64,000 nucleotides of DNA from Ruminococcus sp. (GCA_015066665.1 SVNX01000003.1:39074-103073); one strand, 5' to 3'. Counted from the first letter of the stretch, positions 47,741 through 58,232 are shown. The notes: generated by a model from the sequence alone, not told the origin. Numbers and translations are program-made.

Positions 47741-49453
47741 ATGCAGGATCTGTTTGAACGTGTAAGAGAATATTATTATCAGGAACGCGGCAGAGGCTGG
47801 GAAATGAACTGGGAACCGCATCAGCTCGATCTTTCCGACCGCTGGAGCTGTATTGCGCCAAGAAATAAAAATGACCTGCGCCGGATGTTTGTCGGCACGC
47901 TTCTGTATGCAAAGGCAGGTCTGACCTCCCGAGAGGAGGCCGAGGCACTCTTCATTGAAAAGAATCGTCTGGCCGGAAAAATTCAGGATCTCGGTGACTA
48001 CACGCTGTATACGACCAAAGTGGATTATGCCGTTGTCAAGGATATCGAGGAGGACGGCGAATATGTCGGCTTCGATGTGCTCCTGCGCTATGAACCGGAG
48101 CAGTCCGCTGTGGAGCAGGCTGCCGCAAGTGCCGCACAGCGTGACCGCATCCGGCATGTTCTGCATGATGGTTCACCCGATGCGGAAAAGCTGAGAAACC
48201 GGATCGGCGAGCAGCTTGTGCACAGCATTGCACTCGCCTTGCAGGAAATGGAGCGTGTCGGGCTGCATCACGGTCATATCAATCCCGAACATCTCATGCC
48301 CTATGAGCACGACGGCACACTTGAATTCCGTCTGCATATTCCGGGCTTTGACAGTCTGCTCAAATCCGATGCGGATGACCGCATGGTCGTCGATTACTAC
48401 AGTGCACCGGAGCTGATCAATGACAGCGCACAGCCATTCGATGTCAGCACGGATCTGTATTCCATGGGCATTCTTCTCTATCAGCTGCTCAATGAGGGGA
48501 AGCTGCCGTTTGAATCGGATACCGTTTCTCCCGACCAAGCTGCCCAGCTGCGCAGCCAGGGTACAAAGGAGATACCGCTGCCGAAGCACGGCTGTCGGCT
48601 GCTTCAGTATATCGCACGCAAGGCCTGTGCCTTTAGCAGGGTGCATCGTTATGCCAATGCCGCCGATGTTCTGGAAGATCTCAAGCGCATCGACAGCAAG
48701 GTGCTCACGGGCTATGACCCCATGGAGATTGTGACCTCCGGCGGAAAAGTCCCCGCACCGAATCAGGTCGGTACAGCGGATGCCCGTGCACTGCAGGCTG
48801 CCCGTGCAGAAGCAGAAATGCTGCGTGCCGAGCTTGCCAGAATGAAAGCCGAGGCGGACAGCGCCCTTCAGGCCGCAAAAGCCTGTGAGACACTGCACAG
48901 GGAAAAATCCGTGCTGGAAGTGAAGAATAAACAGCTTGAAGCCAAGAATAAGCAGCTTGAAGCCAAGAATAAGCAGCTTGAGAGTAAGTGCAGCAAGCTT
49001 GAAGTTGCCTGCAATATGTTGGAAATGAGCACCATTGTCAGTCAGAAGGATCGTGATGACAGGGAAGCGGCTCTCAGGCGTGAGTCGGCACTCCGGAAGG
49101 AGAACGATACGCTCAAAGCTGCCTGTGAACAGCTCAGACACGAACTGGCCGACTGTCGGAAGCAGGCAGAACAGGCCAAAGCGAAGCCCGCACCGGTGGA
49201 TACGGGACTGCAGAAAAAAATGCAGAGCCTTGAGACCCAGCTTGCCGAAGCCCGTGCAGAACTGGATGTGTGGCAGAAACGTGCTGAAAAATGGAAGAAC
49301 CACGCCTGGATGATGTATGCCCGTCAAGGCAGCGGTGCCCCCATGCCGTCCCATGAGAATACATCAGGGGTGACGCATGAGGAAACCATGCGCAAAAAGC
49401 GTGAGGCAGTCATTGATGCACGTTTTGAGCAGGAGCTGAGACAGAAAAAATGA
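47741..49453 (+). CDS. Cluster gene I: pseudokinase-candidate paralog with a long coiled-coil tail
   Basis: The first ~85 nt are nearly identical to gene H (MQDLFERVREYYYQERGR). GLHHGHINPEHLM..IPGFDSL..YSAPELI. Confidence 0.65.
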   Translation: MQDLFERVREYYYQERGRGWEMNWEPHQLDLSDRWSCIAPRNKNDLRRMFVGTLLYAKAGLTSREEAEALFIEKNRLAGKIQDLGDYTLYTTKVDYAVVKDIEEDGEYVGFDVLLRYEPEQSAVEQAAASAAQRDRIRHVLHDGSPDAEKLRNRIGEQLVHSIALALQEMERVGLHHGHINPEHLMPYEHDGTLEFRLHIPGFDSLLKSDADDRMVVDYYSAPELINDSAQPFDVSTDLYSMGILLYQLLNEGKLPFESDTVSPDQAAQLRSQGTKEIPLPKHGCRLLQYIARKACAFSRVHRYANAADVLEDLKRIDSKVLTGYDPMEIVTSGGKVPAPNQVGTADARALQAARAEAEMLRAELARMKAEADSALQAAKACETLHREKSVLEVKNKQLEAKNKQLEAKNKQLESKCSKLEVACNMLEMSTIVSQKDRDDREAALRRESALRKENDTLKAACEQLRHELADCRKQAEQAKAKPAPVDTGLQKKMQSLETQLAEARAELDVWQKRAEKWKNHAWMMYARQGSGAPMPSHENTSGVTHEETMRKKREAVIDARFEQELRQKK

Positions 49454-49475
49454 TCGTTGAAAGGAGCGAAGGAAT

Positions 49476-51626
49476 ATGCAGGATCTGTTCGACCGTATCG
49501 CCGAATATGAAGTGCTGGAACGATATAAAGGTTGGGGCGCAGACTGGAAGCCCTATAAAGAGGAAAGAGAAGGACGCTGGGTAAGAATCGCACCGAAGAA
49601 TCCGGATGACCGCCGCCGTCTCTATGTGAGTCCCTTCCGTTTTGATGAGAAGGGCATCTACGATCAGAATGAAGCACTCACTTTGCTTGAGGAAAAGCGT
49701 GCTTACATGGAAAAGGTGCAGAACCTCGGCAAAACCGCAGTCTATACCTGCGGAGTGGATTATGCCGCAGTGAAGGAACTGGAGGAGGGCGGACAGACCG
49801 TCGGGTTTGATGTGCTGCTGCGCCATGTACCCATGGTTCCGGTGCAGACATATCTGCGGACGAATGACGCTGCCGCCCGTAAAGCAAAGCAGCTGATGCA
49901 GGGAACCGATCCTGATACGGAGGAGGCCAGAAACCGTGCCGGTGAAATGCTGGCCGGCCACCTGACACTTGCACTGCAGGAAGTGTACCATGCCGGCCTC
50001 AGCCATGGACATATCAATCCTGAGCATATCCTGATGGAAGCGGACGGCAGCAGTGAGGAGATCCGTCTGAGCATTCCCGGTGAGGATGCCCTTTTCAAAT
50101 CCGCAGCCGATGATCGGAAGACAACGGATTACTATACCGCCCCCGAGCTGATTGCGGATGAATCGAGACCGGTGGACATGCAGTCGGATCTGTATTCCGT
50201 CGGCCTGCTGCTTTATCAGCTGCTCAATGAGGGGAGGATGCCCTTTGAATCGGATGCCGTGTCCCGTGAGGAGGCCGCTCACATCCGAAACAGCGGCGAG
50301 CAGCCGATTCCAGCACCGAAGAACGGCAGCCGGCTTCTGCAGTACATCGCTGTCAAGTCCTGTGCCCATGACCGTGCGGATCGCTATCAGGATGCGCCCC
50401 AGCTTCTTGAGGATCTCAAGCATGCCGACAGCAAGGTGCTCAACGGGTTTGCGCTGTCTTCACTTGTGACCATCGGTGCAGCAGCCAAGCAGAGAAGAGC
50501 CGCCGCTGCTGCGGATAAGCAGCGTCAGGCGGAACAGGTCAGAGCAGAAGCCGCCCGCATGCAGCAGGCACAGAAAAGTGCACAGGCAGCTCCTGTCGAT
50601 CTTAGCAAGAAGACGAAAGCAAAGAAGGAGCCGCCGAAGCCCGCCCCCATGCCCGTGAATATGCCGCAGCAGCATCCGTCGGCCTCCGGCGGCAGTGCAT
50701 ATCAGAATGCAGCCGCTTCCTCCGGCGGTGCTCCCGTACAGAATGCCCCCATGCATCAGGGGGCCATGCAGGCAGCGCCCCGTCCGCAGCCCATGCCGCA
50801 GCCCGGCTATGCCGGCGGTCAGGCGGGCCCCCGCAAGCGTTTCAATCCTGCATGGATTCTTGTGCCCATCATTCTTGTTGTCATCATTACCATTGCACTT
50901 CTCATTGGTGCCATCAGCATGATGAGCAAGCTCGGTTCCGATCAGGGCAGTCTTTCGGCGAACAGCAGTGGTTCCGTTTCCGCAGAAAGGGCTGAAAGTG
51001 CCGCACCCAAGGAGAGCCTTGCCCCCACAGAGGCACCGACCGCCATCCCCACCGAACCGCCGACGCAGCCCCCCACGGATCCGCCCACGGAACCGCCGAC
51101 CACCGAACCGCCCTATGTGCCCCCGACGTACATCGTGGTACAGGGCAAGTATACATGGGAAGAGGCACAGGCGGAATGTAAGGCAAGGGGCGGCCATCTT
51201 GCGACAGTCCACTCCAATGAAGAGTGGCTTCTGCTGATGGATACCGTCAGCAATGCACAGCTGTCCAACAGCAATCTCAAGTACCTCTGGATGGGTGGCC
51301 TGTCCGAGCTGAAGGAACGTCCCGACGGTGAAATGTATGCCGAATTCAAGTGGGTTGACGGTTCCGATGTTACCTATATTACTGATAAGTCCCGCTTTGG
51401 CCATTGGTTCTATAATGCCGAGCTGGATATCTATGAGCCTTCCGGATACGATGCCTATGAGTATCTGAAGAACAACAAAAAAATCGCAGAGCCGTATCTG
51501 CTGCTCTGGAACGTGGCAGCCAAGAAGGGAGCCGATCTGAAGTGGTCGCTCAATGATGTGGGCGACGTCTCCCCCTATCCGCAGTACAAGGAGAGCAATA
51601 TGGGCTTTGTCATGGAGCTTGACTGA
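49476..51626 (+). CDS. Cluster gene J: pseudokinase-candidate paralog, TM helix, Pro/Thr linker, extracellular C-type lectin-like domain
   Basis: GLSHGHINPEHIL..IPGEDAL..YTAPELI. RKRF followed by TM WILVPIILVVIITIALLIGAISMM. Then YTWEEAQAECKARGGHLATVHSNEEWLLL..LWMGG..WVDGS. Confidence 0.65.
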   Translation: MQDLFDRIAEYEVLERYKGWGADWKPYKEEREGRWVRIAPKNPDDRRRLYVSPFRFDEKGIYDQNEALTLLEEKRAYMEKVQNLGKTAVYTCGVDYAAVKELEEGGQTVGFDVLLRHVPMVPVQTYLRTNDAAARKAKQLMQGTDPDTEEARNRAGEMLAGHLTLALQEVYHAGLSHGHINPEHILMEADGSSEEIRLSIPGEDALFKSAADDRKTTDYYTAPELIADESRPVDMQSDLYSVGLLLYQLLNEGRMPFESDAVSREEAAHIRNSGEQPIPAPKNGSRLLQYIAVKSCAHDRADRYQDAPQLLEDLKHADSKVLNGFALSSLVTIGAAAKQRRAAAAADKQRQAEQVRAEAARMQQAQKSAQAAPVDLSKKTKAKKEPPKPAPMPVNMPQQHPSASGGSAYQNAAASSGGAPVQNAPMHQGAMQAAPRPQPMPQPGYAGGQAGPRKRFNPAWILVPIILVVIITIALLIGAISMMSKLGSDQGSLSANSSGSVSAERAESAAPKESLAPTEAPTAIPTEPPTQPPTDPPTEPPTTEPPYVPPTYIVVQGKYTWEEAQAECKARGGHLATVHSNEEWLLLMDTVSNAQLSNSNLKYLWMGGLSELKERPDGEMYAEFKWVDGSDVTYITDKSRFGHWFYNAELDIYEPSGYDAYEYLKNNKKIAEPYLLLWNVAAKKGADLKWSLNDVGDVSPYPQYKESNMGFVMELD

Positions 51627-51627
51627 T

Positions 51628-52749
51628 ATGAAGAAATCGCTTATGATCACGCTTTGCGTCTGCATTCCCTGCAGCGTGGTGTGCCTTGCAGCTATTGTGC
51701 TTGGCAGCGTCTACCTGAGCAGCCGTGAGGCGGCCGGGCGGACAGAAGACGGAAAAGCTGCACTTGAAACGTATTTTTCACCGATGACAACGGAAACACC
51801 GGACGCAGCAGCCATGCAGACCGCCGAAACGGAAGCTCTCACCGAATCCGAAGTCCCCGCTGAAACCGAAGCCCCCACGGAAACAGCGCCCCCTGCGGAG
51901 ACGGGGCCTGTGGATTATTCCAATGCCGGCGGCGGTACCAGCAGTGCCAATGTGTTTAACGGCGGCTTCATCGCCACGGATGGCGAACGGGAATACTTCC
52001 GCGGCAACGACGGCGGAATGTATTACAATGAGATCGGATCGTCGGAAGCCTATAAGCTGCTGGACAATGCCATCTTGTATCTGAATGTCCAGGGCGGATG
52101 GCTGTACTTTGCCGATCAGACCAACCAGTGCATGGCGAAGATGCGCACGGATGGCACGGACTATCAGATCCTCTATCCGGCCAATGTGCACGAGGTCAAT
52201 GTCAGCGGCAGCTACATCTACTTCTGCAGCGATACGCAGCTGATGCGTATGCGTACGGACGGCATGGAGCTGGAGACACTGTGCGACGGCAAAATCTGGT
52301 TTCTGAACGTCGTCGGACAGGAGCTGTACTTCTGCCGGATCGGGGATGAGCGTGCCATGTGCCGGTGCAGTGTGGACGGATCGGACTTCGAGACCATCAT
52401 TGCCGCAGAGGTCTATGACATTCTGGTCTACGGCGGCTATATCTATTACTGCTTCGGCCGTGATGAGCGTTATCTTTACGCCCGCAGCCGTGATACCGGT
52501 GAAGTCACACAGATCACAAATAATTATACCCGCTGGATCAATACCGACGGCATTCATGTATATTACACGAACTTTGAAGGCCATACCGAAGAAGGTGTGG
52601 GTTACGGCAATACCATGTACCGTGTCGATCTCCACGGCGGCGGCAATGAACAGCTCTTCACAGATATCGTGGAGGGCATGTGCATCCAGAACGGCAAGCT
52701 GCACTACATGAATACCGACCTTGAAAAGAAATATGTGGAGCTGTATTGA
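51628..52749 (+). CDS. Cluster gene K: membrane-anchored DUF5050-like beta-propeller protein
   Basis: ATG is 1 nt after the gene J stop. N-terminal TM, an acidic T/E/A linker and repeated blades (..GGWLYF.., ..GSYIYF.., ..GQELYF.., ..GGYIYY.., ..GIHVYY.., ..NGKLHY..). Confidence 0.6.
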   Translation: MKKSLMITLCVCIPCSVVCLAAIVLGSVYLSSREAAGRTEDGKAALETYFSPMTTETPDAAAMQTAETEALTESEVPAETEAPTETAPPAETGPVDYSNAGGGTSSANVFNGGFIATDGEREYFRGNDGGMYYNEIGSSEAYKLLDNAILYLNVQGGWLYFADQTNQCMAKMRTDGTDYQILYPANVHEVNVSGSYIYFCSDTQLMRMRTDGMELETLCDGKIWFLNVVGQELYFCRIGDERAMCRCSVDGSDFETIIAAEVYDILVYGGYIYYCFGRDERYLYARSRDTGEVTQITNNYTRWINTDGIHVYYTNFEGHTEEGVGYGNTMYRVDLHGGGNEQLFTDIVEGMCIQNGKLHYMNTDLEKKYVELY

Positions 52750-52872
52750 TGAGAGGCATTTCCATTCACGCATCCATCACATGTACAACAGCAAAAAAAC
52801 ACTGTATACACGCAGATTTCCTGTATCATAATAATGTTGCAAATCATTCAAACAAAGGCCATATATAAGGGA

Positions 52873-52901
52873 TTGACAAATGGTCTGCAATATGGTACAA
52901 T
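52873..52901 (+). promoter_or_regulatory. Sigma-70 type promoter opening the next transcription unit
   Basis: TTGACA, 17-nt spacer, TACAAT. Confidence 0.65.
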
Positions 52902-52959
52902 GAGTCGACCGGCAGAGAGCCGGCACAAAAAAGAATACAACTCCGGGAGGAATTTTATC

Positions 52960-53574
52960 ATGAAAAAAGCAATTGTACTGCTGCTGATGGCAGCAATGAT
53001 GACTGCATTTGCAGCCTGCGGCGGCGGTGCCGAGACAAGCTCCGTGGCAGAGACCACTGCCCCCGCAGCAACAGAAGCACCTTCTGAAGAGGAAACTGAG
53101 GCTGAGACCGAGGCTGAATCCGAGTCCGAGTCCGCAGATGAGCCCCAGGGCGACAGCAATGCTGCTTCCGGCGACACGGTTGCACAGACACTGCTGCAGG
53201 ATTTCAAGGACAGAGTGGCTGCCGATCCCGCTGCCAACACCCAGACACTGGCCGATGGCCTGCTGACCAACAGTGTCATCCAGTTCAGCGGTGCAACCAT
53301 GCCCGTTGAGCCCGGTCTGCTGACAGGCTTTGGCAATGCTGAGATCACAGGCTTCAAGGAGGGCACCATGTTTGCCCCGATGATCGGTTCCATCGCTTTT
53401 GTCGGCTATGTATTCGAGCTGGAAGAGGGGGCCGATGCGGCTGCCTTCATCAGCACACTGGAGACCAATGCGGATCCCAGATGGAATATCTGCGTTGAAG
53501 CAGAGGAGACAGTTGTGGAGCAGGCAGAGAACAAGGTATTCTTTGTCATGAGCCCCAAGTCCATGACAGAATAA
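52960..53574 (+). CDS. Hypothetical lipoprotein
   Basis: Lipobox TAFAAC|GG after MKKAIVLLLMAAMM. GGGAGG RBS. Acidic linker followed by a globular domain. Confidence 0.6.
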   Translation: MKKAIVLLLMAAMMTAFAACGGGAETSSVAETTAPAATEAPSEEETEAETEAESESESADEPQGDSNAASGDTVAQTLLQDFKDRVAADPAANTQTLADGLLTNSVIQFSGATMPVEPGLLTGFGNAEITGFKEGTMFAPMIGSIAFVGYVFELEEGADAAAFISTLETNADPRWNICVEAEETVVEQAENKVFFVMSPKSMTE

Positions 53575-53647
53575 TCATGTCACAATGGCAAGGCTCTCCG
53601 TCCATGATGGAGAGCCTTTGCTGTATCCGGACAGGAGGTGCAGGTCC

Positions 53648-55042
53648 ATGCTTTTTTCCAGTATTCCGTTTCTTTTCTATTTTCTGCCCGCAGTGCTGAT
53701 CGTCTATTTTGCTGTGCCGAAGTGCCTGAAAAATACAGTGCTGCTGCTCTTCAGCCTGCTTTTCTATGGCTGGGGTGAGCCGCGGTACATCATTTTCATG
53801 CTCATCAGTGTTGTCTGCGGCTATGTCTCGGGTCTCTTGCTCGAAAAGTGGAAAGGCAGGCCCGCTGCAAAAGCCGTACTGTGGGGATCAGCGGCGGTTT
53901 TTCTCGGTATGCTCGGCTATTTCAAATATGCTGACTTCTTCATCGAAAATTTCAGTGCCGTTACGGGTCTGTCCGTGAAGCTGCTCGGGCTGACATTGCC
54001 CATCGGCATCAGCTTCTATACCTTCCAGATCCTCAGCTATACCATTGATGTATATCGGGGTGATGCCCCCGCACAGAGAAATCCCATTCATCTGGCGGCC
54101 TATATCGCCCTCTTCCCGCAGCTGATTGCCGGCCCCATTGTCCGTTATGCCGATGTTGCCGCACAGCTGACAGAGCGTCCGCATTCCTTCGAGAAGACAG
54201 CCCTCGGCATCCGGCGGTTCCTGCTTGGCCTGGGCAAGAAGGTGCTGATTGCGAACGCCCTCGGCGAGATCGCCCCGCTCTTTGCCGATTCCGGTGAGAA
54301 ATCCGTGCTGTTCTACTGGCTCTATGCGGTTTCTTATTCGCTCCAGATCTATTTCGATTTCTCCGGCTACAGCGACATGGCCATTGGACTTGGACATATT
54401 CTGGGCTTTACGTTCATGGAGAATTTCGACCATCCCTATATGTCCCGCAGCATCACGGAGTTCTGGCGCAGATGGCATATCTCCCTCGGCTCGTGGTTCA
54501 GGGATTATGTTTATATTCCTCTCGGCGGCAATCGTGTCGGCAAGGCACGGTGGCTGCTGAACATCCTGATCGTCTGGTTCCTGACGGGCTTCTGGCACGG
54601 TGCCGCATGGAATTTCATTGTATGGGGATTGTATTTTGCTGTGTTCCTTGTCGCAGAGAAGCTCTGGCTGAAGAAGTATCTGGACAAGTCCAAGGCCCTG
54701 TGCCATGTGTATGTGGTGCTGACGGTCGTGGTGAGCTTTGTGATCTTCGGTGCGGCCGATCTTGGTGCGGCGATGCATTGCCTCGGCGGTATGACGGGCT
54801 TTGCGGACGTACCGGCCGTGACAACGGAGTCACTCTATTATCTGCGCAGCTATGCCCCGCTGCTTGTGATTGCCTGCATCGGTGCAACGCCTTTCCCGAA
54901 GCAGTGCTTTGCCGCAATTGAAAAGAAGTGCGGAGGCGTCATGACCGTGCTCGAGCCCTGCCTGCTGGCAGTCCTGCTGCTTGTTGTGACAGGCAGCCTT
55001 GTGAACGGTTCGTTCAATCCGTTCCTGTATTTCCGTTTCTAA
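53648..55042 (+). CDS. MBOAT-family membrane O-acyltransferase (AlgI/DltB-like)
   Basis: Polytopic membrane protein with FWRRWHISLGSWFRDYVYIPLGGNR, which contains the MBOAT His motif. Confidence 0.88.
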   Translation: MLFSSIPFLFYFLPAVLIVYFAVPKCLKNTVLLLFSLLFYGWGEPRYIIFMLISVVCGYVSGLLLEKWKGRPAAKAVLWGSAAVFLGMLGYFKYADFFIENFSAVTGLSVKLLGLTLPIGISFYTFQILSYTIDVYRGDAPAQRNPIHLAAYIALFPQLIAGPIVRYADVAAQLTERPHSFEKTALGIRRFLLGLGKKVLIANALGEIAPLFADSGEKSVLFYWLYAVSYSLQIYFDFSGYSDMAIGLGHILGFTFMENFDHPYMSRSITEFWRRWHISLGSWFRDYVYIPLGGNRVGKARWLLNILIVWFLTGFWHGAAWNFIVWGLYFAVFLVAEKLWLKKYLDKSKALCHVYVVLTVVVSFVIFGAADLGAAMHCLGGMTGFADVPAVTTESLYYLRSYAPLLVIACIGATPFPKQCFAAIEKKCGGVMTVLEPCLLAVLLLVVTGSLVNGSFNPFLYFRF

Positions 55043-55055
55043 GGAGGGATCTCTT

Positions 55056-56150
55056 GTGAAGCATAAAATCACCACCATTTTCATGGCCGTGCTGCTGTTT
55101 GGCATGTCCCTGTGCTGCTGGTTCAGAAAGCCGGCAGAAAGCTCCGAAAGCGAGCGCCGTGTGCTGGCACAGTTTCCGGAGATCTCAGCCGATGCCATTC
55201 TGTCGGGCAAGTTCATGAAGGATTTTGAAAGCTATACTCTCGACCAGTTTCCGCTGCGTGACGGCTTCCGGAGCGTGAACAGCTTTACCACGCTCATGGT
55301 CTTCGGCCGGCAGGATACGAACGGACTCTATCTGGAGGACGGCTATCTCTCAAAGCTCGAATATCCCATGCAGCCGAAGATGCTTGACCACGCTGCCGAT
55401 CGTTTCCGCTTTATCTATGAGCAGTACCTCGCAGAGAAGGACAATCAGGTCTATTTCTCCATCGTGCCGGACAAGAACTGTTTCCTTGCCAGGGAAAGCG
55501 GACGGCTCTCCATGGATTATGAGGCACTTGTGCAGTACATGCGGGAACGTACGGACTATATGACCTATATCGACATCATGCCGCTGCTTTCGCTGGAGGA
55601 TTATTACTGCACCGACACCCACTGGCGGCAGGAATGCATCACGGATGCAGCTGCGGCCCTTGCAGAGGGCATGGGACAGCGTCTTTCGGCGTCGTATGAG
55701 GAGAGGACGCTTGACCACCCGTTTGAGGGTGTGTATTACGGACAGATGGCACTGCCGGTGCAGCCCGATACCATCCGGTATCTGACGAATGACACGCTGG
55801 AGGCGTGCCGTGTGTACATCCACGATACGGGCAAGCCTGTTGAAACGGATGTGTACAATATGGAAAAGGCCGTGAGCCGTGACCCGTATGAGATGTTCCT
55901 CTCGGGTGCCAATGCGCTGATGACCATTGAAAATCCGAATGCAAAGACGGATCGGGAGCTGCTGGTCTTCCGTGATTCGTTCGGCAGCAGCCTTGTACCG
56001 CTGCTTTGTGAGAATTACGCCAAGGTCACGCTTGTGGACATCCGGTATGTGCAGAGCGGTATGCTTGGCAATCTGATCGATTTTGAACAGCAGGATGTGC
56101 TCTTCCTGTACAGCACCCTGATTCTGAACAACAGCCTTGCACTGAAATAA
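55056..56150 (+). CDS. DHHW-family protein (AlgX/AlgJ-like partner of MBOAT)
   Basis: GTG start 7 nt after an AAGGAGGG RBS. N-terminal TM, CTDTHW motif and FRDSFG motif. Confidence 0.75.
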   Translation: MKHKITTIFMAVLLFGMSLCCWFRKPAESSESERRVLAQFPEISADAILSGKFMKDFESYTLDQFPLRDGFRSVNSFTTLMVFGRQDTNGLYLEDGYLSKLEYPMQPKMLDHAADRFRFIYEQYLAEKDNQVYFSIVPDKNCFLARESGRLSMDYEALVQYMRERTDYMTYIDIMPLLSLEDYYCTDTHWRQECITDAAAALAEGMGQRLSASYEERTLDHPFEGVYYGQMALPVQPDTIRYLTNDTLEACRVYIHDTGKPVETDVYNMEKAVSRDPYEMFLSGANALMTIENPNAKTDRELLVFRDSFGSSLVPLLCENYAKVTLVDIRYVQSGMLGNLIDFEQQDVLFLYSTLILNNSLALK

Positions 56151-56230
56151 TGCAGAAAGCCCCCGCCTAAAGGTGAGTACACATAAAGAACTATCTCAGG
56201 TTTTAATTGAAAGGTTATGTAGAAAATGCT

Positions 56231-57925
<1,695 letters not shown>

Positions 57926-57945
57926 TCAAGCCTGCCGTTATCTGT

Positions 57946-58119
57946 TCATGCAGACTTTTCTATCTCACGGGCGATAAGCCGGTTGATAATATCTTCCAGA
58001 CTTTCATCTGTATCTGAATTGAAACTGATCTTGACACGGTAAGTTGTCAGACCGATACGGTACTCCGAGTAGGAGCAGTCTACCTTCTCTTTCTCTGCGG
58101 TAGTTGTTGTCTCTTTCAA
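57946..58119 (-). CDS. Small TnpW-like transposon-encoded protein (57 aa, below the ORF-track cutoff)
   Basis: Hand-translated as LKETTTTAEKEKVDCSYSEYRIGLTTYRVKISFNSDTDESLEDIINRLIAREIEKSA. TTG start 5 nt after an AGGAG RBS. Confidence 0.5.
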   Translation of the reverse strand: MKETTTTAEKEKVDCSYSEYRIGLTTYRVKISFNSDTDESLEDIINRLIAREIEKSA

Positions 58120-58191
58120 TTGTCTCCTTTCCGCCTGCGATTATCTATCTCTACACGCATAGGCTTTTTGTTGCAGGGCGTTACTCCTGCA

Positions 58192-58232
58192 CAGTAATAT
58201 TATAGCGCGCACCGCCGAGACTTGTCCATAGG
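58192..58232 (-). promoter_or_regulatory. Candidate promoter (TGGACA-18-TATAAT) for the tnpW-like/recombinase operon
   Basis: Minus-strand reading is atggacaagtctcggcggtgcgcgctataat. One of two copies of a ~65-bp repeat. Confidence 0.45.
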
